Origin: Salinispira sp.
GTDB lineage: Bacteria > Spirochaetota > Spirochaetia > DSM-27196 > Salinispiraceae
Reading direction: 5' to 3'
Length of the DNA stretch: 64,000 nt
NCBI GenBank assembly: GCA_965602015.1
Contig: OZ271918.1
Coordinates: forward strand, 3,200,001 to 3,264,000
Made by a program: the position numbers and the translations under genes
Part shown: one piece after another, positions 56,974 through 64,000 of the stretch
Layout: the number at the start of each line of letters is the position of its first letter
Numbering within the stretch: the stretch's first letter is position 1
Notes under the pieces: generated by a model
Told to the model about the DNA's origin: nothing
The model's input: the letters and a program-made list of their open reading frames with translations, nothing else
Database searches by the model: none

Positions 56974-57442
56974 AAATAACCGTGAAAACGCCCAGCCCCT
57001 CGGGTACGAGGATGAGCAGCTCATATTAAAAGTTCAGGCCCTTGTGGATAACGAGCTGCCTGAATCGGAAATCGATTCCGTAATGGCAAGCATAGAAGGA
57101 AATTACCGGTTGCGGGATGAATACGTCAGTCTTCTCCAAACCAAACGGCAACTCAGCGGCCTGCCCCGGCTGCAGCTGCGGCGCGAATGGTATGAAGATT
57201 TCGAAAAAAAGGCCCGCCGCAAACTGCCCATGTACATCGGCTCATTTTTTGCCGCCGTTTATGCCTTATGGTCACTGTTGTTTTTTGCCGGTGAAAATCT
57301 GGACTATGCATTACCTCAATGGCTGCATATCACTGGACTATTTTCCCTTACCGCGAGCATAATATCCTTTATTCTCAACGCCCTGCTGCAGCGGGGAACA
57401 GAAAAAAAGGGCGATCGTTCGTATAAGGATGTACTACGATGA
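56963..57442 (+). CDS. Putative membrane anti-sigma factor
   Basis: Overlaps the sigma gene; 'QALVDNELPE' ASD-like start lacking HxxxCxxC; two TMs. Confidence 0.7.
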   Translation: MKSKNNRENAQPLGYEDEQLILKVQALVDNELPESEIDSVMASIEGNYRLRDEYVSLLQTKRQLSGLPRLQLRREWYEDFEKKARRKLPMYIGSFFAAVYALWSLLFFAGENLDYALPQWLHITGLFSLTASIISFILNALLQRGTEKKGDRSYKDVLR

Positions 57443-57753
57443 TATTATCAACAACTGACAGCATAAGCGGAAAAACTATTACCAAACACCTCGGGCTGGT
57501 CTACGGGAACACCATTCGCGCCCGCAGTTTTGCCAGGGATCTCGCTGCAGTCTTCAAGAACCTCGCGGGAGGCGAAATATCCGACTACACAAAAATGATG
57601 GCTGAATCCAGGGAACAGAGCATGGACCGAATGATCGATGCTGCAAACGAACTGGGAGCCAATGCAATAATCGGCATCCGCTTCTCCACCACGTCAATGA
57701 TGCAAGCCGCCGCAGAAATTGTCATCTACGGAACCGCTGTGGTGGTCGAATAG
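57439..57753 (+). CDS. YbjQ/UPF0145 family protein
   Basis: MILSTTD, GGEI..Y, GANAIIGIRF, YGTAV. Confidence 0.92.
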   Translation: MILSTTDSISGKTITKHLGLVYGNTIRARSFARDLAAVFKNLAGGEISDYTKMMAESREQSMDRMIDAANELGANAIIGIRFSTTSMMQAAAEIVIYGTAVVVE

Positions 57754-57788
57754 CTCGTCACGTAGAATATCGATATTCAGAGCAGGAT

Positions 57789-58029
57789 TTAACCACAAGT
57801 TATCCACAAGCAGATTTCTTTATTTTTTTATATTATTCGCCGGCTGAGATTACCTCGCCGGTGTACTTTTTTTCAAAATCCCGAATGACATTTGCTAAAT
57901 TGTTACCATGTATATATTTACACTATGTCAATATGGAATTTGCAAATTTCCTGATATTTTTTTCAAAAAAGTGCTCAACAGCTATGAAGCAAATTCAATT
58001 ACTGAGAAGTTATCCACAGGTTATCAACA
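57789..58029 (+). promoter_or_regulatory. DnaA-box cluster in an AT-rich intergenic region
   Basis: TTAACCACA 57789, TTATCCACA 57800, TTATCCACA 58010, TTATCAACA 58021. Confidence 0.7.
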
Positions 58030-58054
58030 AAAAAACGGCCCGGATTCCGGGCCG
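58029..58054 (-). terminator. Intrinsic terminator of pspA
   Basis: Minus strand CGGCCCGG-AAT-CCGGGCCG-TTTTTTT. Confidence 0.8.
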
Positions 58055-58077
58055 CTGTGTAAAGGCGGGTTTGCTTT

Positions 58078-58881
58078 TTACTCATTGAGCTTTTTCTTCA
58101 ACTCTTCCATCATTGAATCAACTTCAGGATCATCGGACGCTGCGGATTCCCCGCTGCTCGAAGATGTACTGCCCCCGGAATTATCCTCGATAGCCATTTT
58201 CTTTCTCAAATCCTCAAGCATGGCATCGCCGGAACCGCCGGCTTCCAGCTGGGCGAACTCGCTCTCGAGACTTCCGGCCCCCGGACCTTCAATTTCACCG
58301 ATGGCATCAGCTTCGGCTTCAATTTGCTCGACGCGACTGGCCATTTTGTCAAATGCGTCAAACGCCGAGGTATCTGCAAGTCCGGTAATCTGTTCCTGAA
58401 TCTTTTTCTGAGCCTCGGCGCGCCTAGCCCGGGCGATAAGCAGGTTTTTCTTGCGTTGAGCTTCCTCAATACGCTGCTGGAGACCCTGGAGTGCGGTTTT
58501 TAACTTTTCGACGGAGTCGTGCTGGGCGGTATACTGCTCATTGTATTTTTCCGCAGTTATCTCGCATTCTTTTTTCTGGCTCAATGCCTTTTTGGCCAGG
58601 TCTTCGTAGTGAGCCTTTTTATCGGGCTCCCGCTCGGAAGCTTTGAGTGCGAGGATGGCCCGTTTTTCCCATTCTTCGCCCTTCCGGCGGTGCTCATTAA
58701 CCTGCCGCTCAAGCCGTTTTTCGTCCGCGATAGCGCTGGCAACCGACTTCTTCGATTCCACCAGTTGTTCATTCATATCGACGATGAGCTGGTTGAGCAT
58801 CTTTTCGGGATCCTCAGCCTTGCTGATCATCTGATTGATATTAGATTTTACGACTCGTTTAAACCGGTCAAAGATACCCAT
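58078..58881 (-). CDS. pspA: PspA/IM30 family protein
   Basis: MGIFDRFKRVVKSNIN..ISKAEDPEKML; long coiled coil; 'AFDKMASRVEQIEA'. Confidence 0.92.
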   Translation of the reverse strand: MGIFDRFKRVVKSNINQMISKAEDPEKMLNQLIVDMNEQLVESKKSVASAIADEKRLERQVNEHRRKGEEWEKRAILALKASEREPDKKAHYEDLAKKALSQKKECEITAEKYNEQYTAQHDSVEKLKTALQGLQQRIEEAQRKKNLLIARARRAEAQKKIQEQITGLADTSAFDAFDKMASRVEQIEAEADAIGEIEGPGAGSLESEFAQLEAGGSGDAMLEDLRKKMAIEDNSGGSTSSSSGESAASDDPEVDSMMEELKKKLNE

Positions 58882-58928
58882 TGAGGGCCTCCATTTCTTC
58901 TCTGTTAGTGCGCTTTACTGCCCGCGGA

Positions 58929-59324
58929 TTATTCCCTTCCAGGCAGGTACTTCTTCAGGCGGTCATAATGTTCCGCCAGCCCCAGACTGATTGCATCCAG
59001 AGACGCCTGAAGCTCTTCCATATCCATGGTATCAAGCTCAAGCGTGTCCATAAGAATAATATAATCTTCCTCGATGGCATAGGCGCCATGAACGAGATCG
59101 ACATTAAGGATAAGTAATTCTTTGAAGAGATCATGGCACAGCTGCAGATCTTCTGATGGAATATTCATGACACGGGTCCGCACTGTCAGGAGGGATTCGT
59201 CCACGAAGAGCACGATTTGGCTCAGACCCTTATCGGGATCATTTATGACCCAGACGTCCTCGCTTACCCGTTCGTAGGTTACCGTCATGGCAACAAGGTA
59301 GCGTTCGATTCTTTCAATACTCAT
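58929..59324 (-). CDS. YbjN/CesT-like chaperone-fold protein
   Basis: 131 aa, acidic; 'ELLILNVDLVHGAYAI', 'DTLELDTMDMEELQASL'. Confidence 0.7.
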   Translation of the reverse strand: MSIERIERYLVAMTVTYERVSEDVWVINDPDKGLSQIVLFVDESLLTVRTRVMNIPSEDLQLCHDLFKELLILNVDLVHGAYAIEEDYIILMDTLELDTMDMEELQASLDAISLGLAEHYDRLKKYLPGRE

Positions 59325-59375
59325 GTCTTACCCCAGGATATGATCGGACGGGCTGCTGCGCAGGAGGGCTGCTAA

Positions 59376-59927
59376 TCAGCCGAGAAAAATCTGTCCGGAA
59401 TTATCTATTGCCAGGATGGTCTTGCAGTTTGAACAGCGGAACCTTCCGGGCTTTGATGCTTTTAGTTTCGTTGAGCAGATGGGACATTTGAATATTTTCG
59501 GGAAGATATCGCTGTCGCTGGTGGCGCTTCCCTTCGAGAAGAACTCAACCGCTTCATCGAGATTGTCTTTGATATTGAAAAATTGGGAGAACCCGAGGAG
59601 TTGGAATACCTCGTAGACTTTGGGCTGTATTTCCAGCAGGACCAAATCGCCGCTTCGGGGTTTGACCGCTTTCAGGAATGCGGTGAAGGAGCCGATGCCG
59701 GTACTGGAAACATAGTTTAGACCGCTGCAGTGAAAAATGAGTTTGGTGAATCCCGATTCAATGGCCCGGTTTACCCGCTTTTGGAAAAAGTTTGAGTTAT
59801 AGGTGTCGATGTATCCCGTAAGGTAGAGAACCAGGCAGCCTTCCGTACCGTCTACTTTCTGAAGGCGTATCTTGAGGCTTTCATCCCTTTCTTCATCAAA
59901 TCCAGGTACAATATCGTTGTTACTCAT
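59376..59927 (-). CDS. STAS anti-sigma antagonist with C-terminal Zn ribbon
   Basis: 'LNYVSSTGIG' phosphorylation motif; C-terminal CPIC...CSNC. Confidence 0.88.
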   Translation of the reverse strand: MSNNDIVPGFDEERDESLKIRLQKVDGTEGCLVLYLTGYIDTYNSNFFQKRVNRAIESGFTKLIFHCSGLNYVSSTGIGSFTAFLKAVKPRSGDLVLLEIQPKVYEVFQLLGFSQFFNIKDNLDEAVEFFSKGSATSDSDIFPKIFKCPICSTKLKASKPGRFRCSNCKTILAIDNSGQIFLG

Positions 59928-59980
59928 GATTCCCCTAAGAACTTAATGCAGTCCGCACGAAGTATTTTCCGTTAATTTTA

Positions 59981-60009
59981 ATTGTATTCAGCCTGAATTT
60001 GTTTGTCAA
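59981..60009 (-). promoter_or_regulatory. Near-consensus sigma70 promoter for the STAS-YbjN-pspA genes
   Basis: Minus strand TTGACA-N17-TACAAT; inverted repeat ATTCAG-C-CTGAAT in the spacer. Confidence 0.75.
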
Positions 60010-60025
60010 ATAAATCGGCTTGAAT

Positions 60026-60769
60026 TTACCACTCAAGACCGGCGCCGACATTAATAATAGAACCGTTAACTGCAGCGGCCGAATCGCTTAGTAGAAATTC
60101 AATAATATCAGATATTTTTACAGGTTCAAGCAATTTACCGGCTTTTTTCAGTCTTTGAAGCTCTTTTTCATCATAATACTCAGTTTCGACATATCCCGGG
60201 CATAAGGCGTTGATGGTCACCCCGCTTCCCGCCAGTTCCGCCGCGGCTGACCTGGTCACGCTGTTTATAGAGTACTTCACCGCCGAGTAGAGCGGAATGC
60301 TTCGGAATGGCTTCAGGCTGTCGGTCGCCGTTCCTCCGAACAGGATAATGCGGCCCCAGCGGTTCTCCTCCATATGCGGAATGAACAACGAAAGAAGTTT
60401 CAGGGGAAGCTTGAGGTTCATCTCCGTGATGTAATCGATTTCCGCATCACCGGCCCGGGACAACAGTCCGGAATGGAGGGGGCCGAATGCGTTAATGAGT
60501 ATATCGATCATGTGGACATGGGGTGAAAGTTTCTTTTTTAGCTCCCGGACATCGGCTTCGCTGGAAAGTTCCTGGACGATGGTATTCACCTGGGGAGAAC
60601 CGAGTTCGGTCAGCTCGGCGGCAAACGCCTCCATCTTCGCGGCGCTCCTGCCGTGAATAAATAGTCGATATCCGAGTTCGGCCAGTCGGCGGCTGACGGC
60701 GGCTCCGATACCCCCGCTTCCGCCGATAATAAGACAGCTGTGCTCAGGTGTTTCTCGCTTCAATGACAA
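60026..60769 (-). CDS. SDR family oxidoreductase
   Basis: IIGGSGGIG, YSAVK, NALCPGYVET; TTG start after AGGAG. Confidence 0.88.
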   Translation of the reverse strand: MSLKRETPEHSCLIIGGSGGIGAAVSRRLAELGYRLFIHGRSAAKMEAFAAELTELGSPQVNTIVQELSSEADVRELKKKLSPHVHMIDILINAFGPLHSGLLSRAGDAEIDYITEMNLKLPLKLLSLFIPHMEENRWGRIILFGGTATDSLKPFRSIPLYSAVKYSINSVTRSAAAELAGSGVTINALCPGYVETEYYDEKELQRLKKAGKLLEPVKISDIIEFLLSDSAAAVNGSIINVGAGLEW

Positions 60770-60839
60770 CTTCCCGCTCCTGCTTTCTTGACTGGTCAGT
60801 AGAGTGAATCTTATCATAGAGAAGGAGGCGGGAGTACAT

Positions 60840-61346
60840 ATGAAGACGCAGAACACAGGTGTTTTACGGATCGGTCTGGCAGTTTTGTTACTATCGGCAG
60901 CGACAGTCCTGTCCGCCCAGGAGGCTCCGTCGCTCAGCGTCGAAGAACTCCTCCAAATTATCGATATCGATACGGGATTGCGGGATATTTACGAGCAAAT
61001 TGCCGCCGGAGAGAGCATCCCGACGGACCGTTATTATCTTCTCACCGGAACGGTGACATCAATCTCCACCTTGGATCCGGATCCGGCAGCCTTTTATTCG
61101 GAAGTGGAATTTATTTCCGCCGAATGGTCGGGAAACGAGATCCGCTCGTACAAGGCCTTGCTGGTGTTCCTTGACGGAAACTTTGCTCCCCGGCTTCCTC
61201 AAAGAGCGCCAAGAAATCCCGGGCCGGAAGTTATCCGCAACAACAGCGAGGGAATGGCGCTGTCGGAATTTTACGACATCCTCGAACTGCCCAACGGCGA
61301 GATCCTGCCGGTGTTTATCGTATCCCGGTTTAACACCCTGGATTAA
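60840..61346 (+). CDS. Hypothetical secreted protein
   Basis: AGGAGG RBS; signal peptide ending VLSA-QE. Confidence 0.7.
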   Translation: MKTQNTGVLRIGLAVLLLSAATVLSAQEAPSLSVEELLQIIDIDTGLRDIYEQIAAGESIPTDRYYLLTGTVTSISTLDPDPAAFYSEVEFISAEWSGNEIRSYKALLVFLDGNFAPRLPQRAPRNPGPEVIRNNSEGMALSEFYDILELPNGEILPVFIVSRFNTLD

Positions 61347-61363
61347 ACCCGGTAAATCCATAC

Positions 61364-61816
61364 ATGACAGGCCTCATTCGAAACTTCATGAGGGCTCTGG
61401 AACCCCCGGGGCTGCAGTCTCTCATTTCGCGGATACTGCTGATAGGCCTCTTAATTCTGGCTGACGGATTTCTGCTTCTCGTACTTTCCTCGCGCATTGG
61501 GGGCCTGTACAGCCTCGCGGCTGCGGCCTCTGCGAGTCTGGCGGGGGCGCTGGTTATCGGGAGCAGCTTTGCCCGCCACAGCAGACTGGCATTATTACAG
61601 ATCCGCGAGGGACACTACCCCGGGCATGAGTTCGTCCATCTGCTGCCGCTCTTCATTTCATTGACTCTGATTTGCATCCCCGGGTTTTTCACGGATCTGA
61701 CGGCAATGGTGTTTTTTCTTCCTCCGATGCGCACGGCTATCGGAGCGCTTCTGCATAAACGCTTCGGCGCTTCTTTTTCGGAGATTTACAACCTAAGCCG
61801 GATGAACGAAGAATAA
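61364..61816 (+). CDS. FxsA family membrane protein
   Basis: 'LICIPGFFTDL....FFLPPMR' FxsA motif. Confidence 0.75.
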   Translation: MTGLIRNFMRALEPPGLQSLISRILLIGLLILADGFLLLVLSSRIGGLYSLAAAASASLAGALVIGSSFARHSRLALLQIREGHYPGHEFVHLLPLFISLTLICIPGFFTDLTAMVFFLPPMRTAIGALLHKRFGASFSEIYNLSRMNEE

Positions 61817-61858
61817 TCTGCCTGGCGCCGAGGGGCTTCGCAGGCCTGGCAATGCGGT

Positions 61859-62626
61859 TTACCTGAACAGTCGCACGAACAGCAGCCGAAGCCAAAAAAA
61901 CGCCAAGGGAGCGAATCGGAATACTTTTACCGGGTGGGTATAGAGCTCGGAGATCCATTCTCTCCCGCCTCTCACGGCGGGGCGGACCGGACGACGCCTC
62001 CGGGAAATCACAAAATCAAACCACTCTCCGCTCCATATGCGGATTCCGCGGTTCAGATAGCGCCGGTTCTGAAAGAGCCAGCGGTCACGGCCGGGCAATC
62101 CGCTTCCCGCGAGAAGAATGTCCGGATCTGCCTTTTTAATCGCCAAGGCAACGGATTTCCCCATACGGGCCGGGAAAACCCCGGAGTATCGGCCCAGCAG
62201 GCGTACCCGGGGAAAGGTCTGACGGATGTTCTGCTCCACAGCTGAAATATCGCTGTTGCTGCCCCCAAGGAGAAACAGGCTGCCCCCCATACTTTCCAGC
62301 CAGGTCAATATTCGAATAATGGTGTCGAAGGGATAGTAGGGAACCGGCTCGTTTATTCCCAGGAATCGGCACATCGCCATGATCATCCGGGAAACCGGAA
62401 GCACCAGAGCTGCCTCATTCATGGCGCGCAGCAGTTGCGGGTCGTGATGGGCCCGGAAAATATCCCAGGTTCGGACAAACATTATCTGAGATGCCCCGTC
62501 ATTCTGAATCAGTCTGCTGAGGGCGACGAGAAGATTTCTGGGCTGAACGATATCGACAGGCGCTTTATGTATATAAATCCGGTGTATGAGAACGGAATGA
62601 CGGGATGCTAAAGACTCGGCTGCCAA
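61859..62626 (-). CDS. WecB/TagA/CpsF family glycosyltransferase (divergent)
   Basis: 'SLFLLGG', 'IKKADPDILLAGSGLP', 'GEWFDF', 'GREWI'. Confidence 0.7.
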   Translation of the reverse strand: MAAESLASRHSVLIHRIYIHKAPVDIVQPRNLLVALSRLIQNDGASQIMFVRTWDIFRAHHDPQLLRAMNEAALVLPVSRMIMAMCRFLGINEPVPYYPFDTIIRILTWLESMGGSLFLLGGSNSDISAVEQNIRQTFPRVRLLGRYSGVFPARMGKSVALAIKKADPDILLAGSGLPGRDRWLFQNRRYLNRGIRIWSGEWFDFVISRRRRPVRPAVRGGREWISELYTHPVKVFRFAPLAFFWLRLLFVRLFR

Positions 62627-63393
62627 TGACGGCCCTCCAGAACGATTGTTCGTACCGCACCGAGGGCGTAGATGCCCGCTGTTTCGGTCCTGAGGATGGT
62701 ATCACCGAAAAAGACTGCGTGAAAAGCTGCTGCCTCCAGTTTTTGGCACTCGTCTTCGCTGAATCCGCCCTCGGGACCAACGAAGCAGTAAATCCTGCCG
62801 CCGGCAGACGAGGTGTAGGGGCGTAAAAGCTGATGAAGTGAGCTGTCTGATCGCCGTTCCTGATGGAAGTACAAGCCTAACCCGCCGCCGGGAATAGAGC
62901 CTTTGAGCATTGCATCGATTGAAGGAAAAAATCTCAAACCCGGCATATGGGGAGAGCCGGATTGCTGAACCGCTTCCTCAATGATGCTTTTCCAGCGCTG
63001 GGACTTTTTATCAAAATCCCCATCGCTGATCTCGGGGACCGAGTAGCGGGTTTTGACGAGTATTATCTCGGAGGCGCCGGATTCAACAGCCTGACGGATT
63101 ATTTGATCGGTTTTTTTTCCCTTGGGAAGGCCCTGAACGAGGGAAAAGCCCACAGCGGCTGGCCGAATATCCTGAGGAACATCTGTCAGGGGAGAAACCA
63201 CACACAGCGCCTGGGCAACTGAAGCATCGACCCGCTGAATTGTGAGGAGAACATGGCGCTTATCAGCATCCCGCGCTTTGATAGAATCGCCCGGTGCCAT
63301 TCTTTTTGCGAGGATGAGATGTTTGTAATCATCGCCCTGCAAAACATAGTGCGGGGAATTACCCACGCTCTGTTTAATTAAAAAGAGCTTCAC
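62608..63393 (-). CDS. rsmE: 16S rRNA m3U1498 methyltransferase
   Basis: 'EAVQQSG', 'VGPEGGFS', 'ILRTETA'. Confidence 0.93.
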   Translation of the reverse strand: MKLFLIKQSVGNSPHYVLQGDDYKHLILAKRMAPGDSIKARDADKRHVLLTIQRVDASVAQALCVVSPLTDVPQDIRPAAVGFSLVQGLPKGKKTDQIIRQAVESGASEIILVKTRYSVPEISDGDFDKKSQRWKSIIEEAVQQSGSPHMPGLRFFPSIDAMLKGSIPGGGLGLYFHQERRSDSSLHQLLRPYTSSAGGRIYCFVGPEGGFSEDECQKLEAAAFHAVFFGDTILRTETAGIYALGAVRTIVLEGRHWQPSL

Positions 63394-63399
63394 CCCGGA

Positions 63400-64000
63400 C
63401 TATTGAATGTCCGGGAGGGGGAGCAGGGACGGCAGGGAACTCATTTCACCGGGCTCTTGAGCAGGACGGCCGTCAATGATGGCCCGGGTCTGGCGGTTCT
63501 CAAGAATCTCAAGGGCCCGCTGCAGTACCAGATCATATTCCAGGTCATACACCGGATTCTCATTGAGCCGGGCCTGCATTTCCAGATTTATAAGCCGGGT
63601 AAGAAGCCGCTCGTTTATCGCAAAGCCCTCCCGGCGAAGCCCGGCAATAAATGCCCGAATCTGGGCAGCGGAGGCCTGGTCGCCGTTGCCGTCGAGAAAT
63701 GCCTCGATTCTTCCTTCATTCTGAATGGTGATGAGGGCCTGACTCTCCTCTTCGGGAACTTCCGGTTCTTCGATCACCACGTCGGGTTCTATGCCCACCT
63801 TGTCGATAAACACCTCGTCAGGGGTGTAGTATCTCGACATGGTGAGTCGGAAGCCGCCGCTGCCGAGGCTCCGAACCTGCTGCACCGACCCCTTGCCAAA
63901 TGTGGTTTCCCCTACCAGCACGGCCCGGTCCCTATCCCGCAAGGCGCCTGCGAGGATTTCCGCAGCGCTGGCGGTTCCTTCATTTATAATAACGACAATT
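63400..64000 (-). CDS. S41A carboxyl-terminal protease, C-terminal part (runs off the window end)
   Basis: Manual extension reads [19 protein letters not shown], followed by [18 protein letters not shown]. Confidence 0.92.
   Translation of the reverse strand, partial: IVVIINEGTASAAEILAGALRDRDRAVLVGETTFGKGSVQQVRSLGSGGFRLTMSRYYTPDEVFIDKVGIEPDVVIEEPEVPEEESQALITIQNEGRIEAFLDGNGDQASAAQIRAFIAGLRREGFAINERLLTRLINLEMQARLNENPVYDLEYDLVLQRALEILENRQTRAIIDGRPAQEPGEMSSLPSLLPLPDIQ

Noticed and set aside
57861..58399. Plus-strand ORFs across the AT-rich spacer
   Set aside because: Atypical composition; they overlap the DnaA boxes and the antisense strand of pspA
1..64000. CRISPR arrays, tRNA/rRNA genes, IS elements, prophage
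   Set aside because: No regularly spaced repeats, cloverleaf motifs or mobility genes were seen by eye; intergenic gaps are short. A tRNAscan or Infernal run would be needed to exclude small RNAs

Overview
A 64-kb, moderately GC-rich bacterial chromosomal segment, most likely from a free-living spirochaete (Spirochaetaceae). That placement is inferred from protein styles such as the STAS-Zn-ribbon protein and the many lipoproteins, and was not verified. I found no rRNA, tRNA, CRISPR array, integrase or transposase. The left part (1-28 kb) is accessory. It holds an ABC-2 exporter behind an apparent leader-peptide attenuator, a sulfotransferase/acyltransferase pair, a TrmB/aldo-keto reductase pair sharing a perfectly palindromic two-way promoter, and a LacI regulon (three TGGAAACGTTTCCA-type operators) of mostly lipoprotein alpha-glucan enzymes. 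That regulon is interrupted by an ~8-kb cassette: two acidic lipoproteins that both start C-D-F-[LI]-G, plus an MMPL/RND + LolA-like + outer-membrane barrel trio. This cassette is my best candidate for an undescribed dedicated lipoprotein-export system. The right part is mostly housekeeping (radA, tkt, leuB, hisIE, hisA, pyrC, thrC, aspartokinase, murA, ECF sigma, pspA, rsmE, S41 protease). It also has an AT-rich intergenic cluster of tandem DnaA boxes at ~57.8-58.0 kb (candidate oriC or DnaA-box cluster with no dnaA in the window) and several apparently leaderless genes. All protein calls come from motif recognition by eye; no database searches were run.
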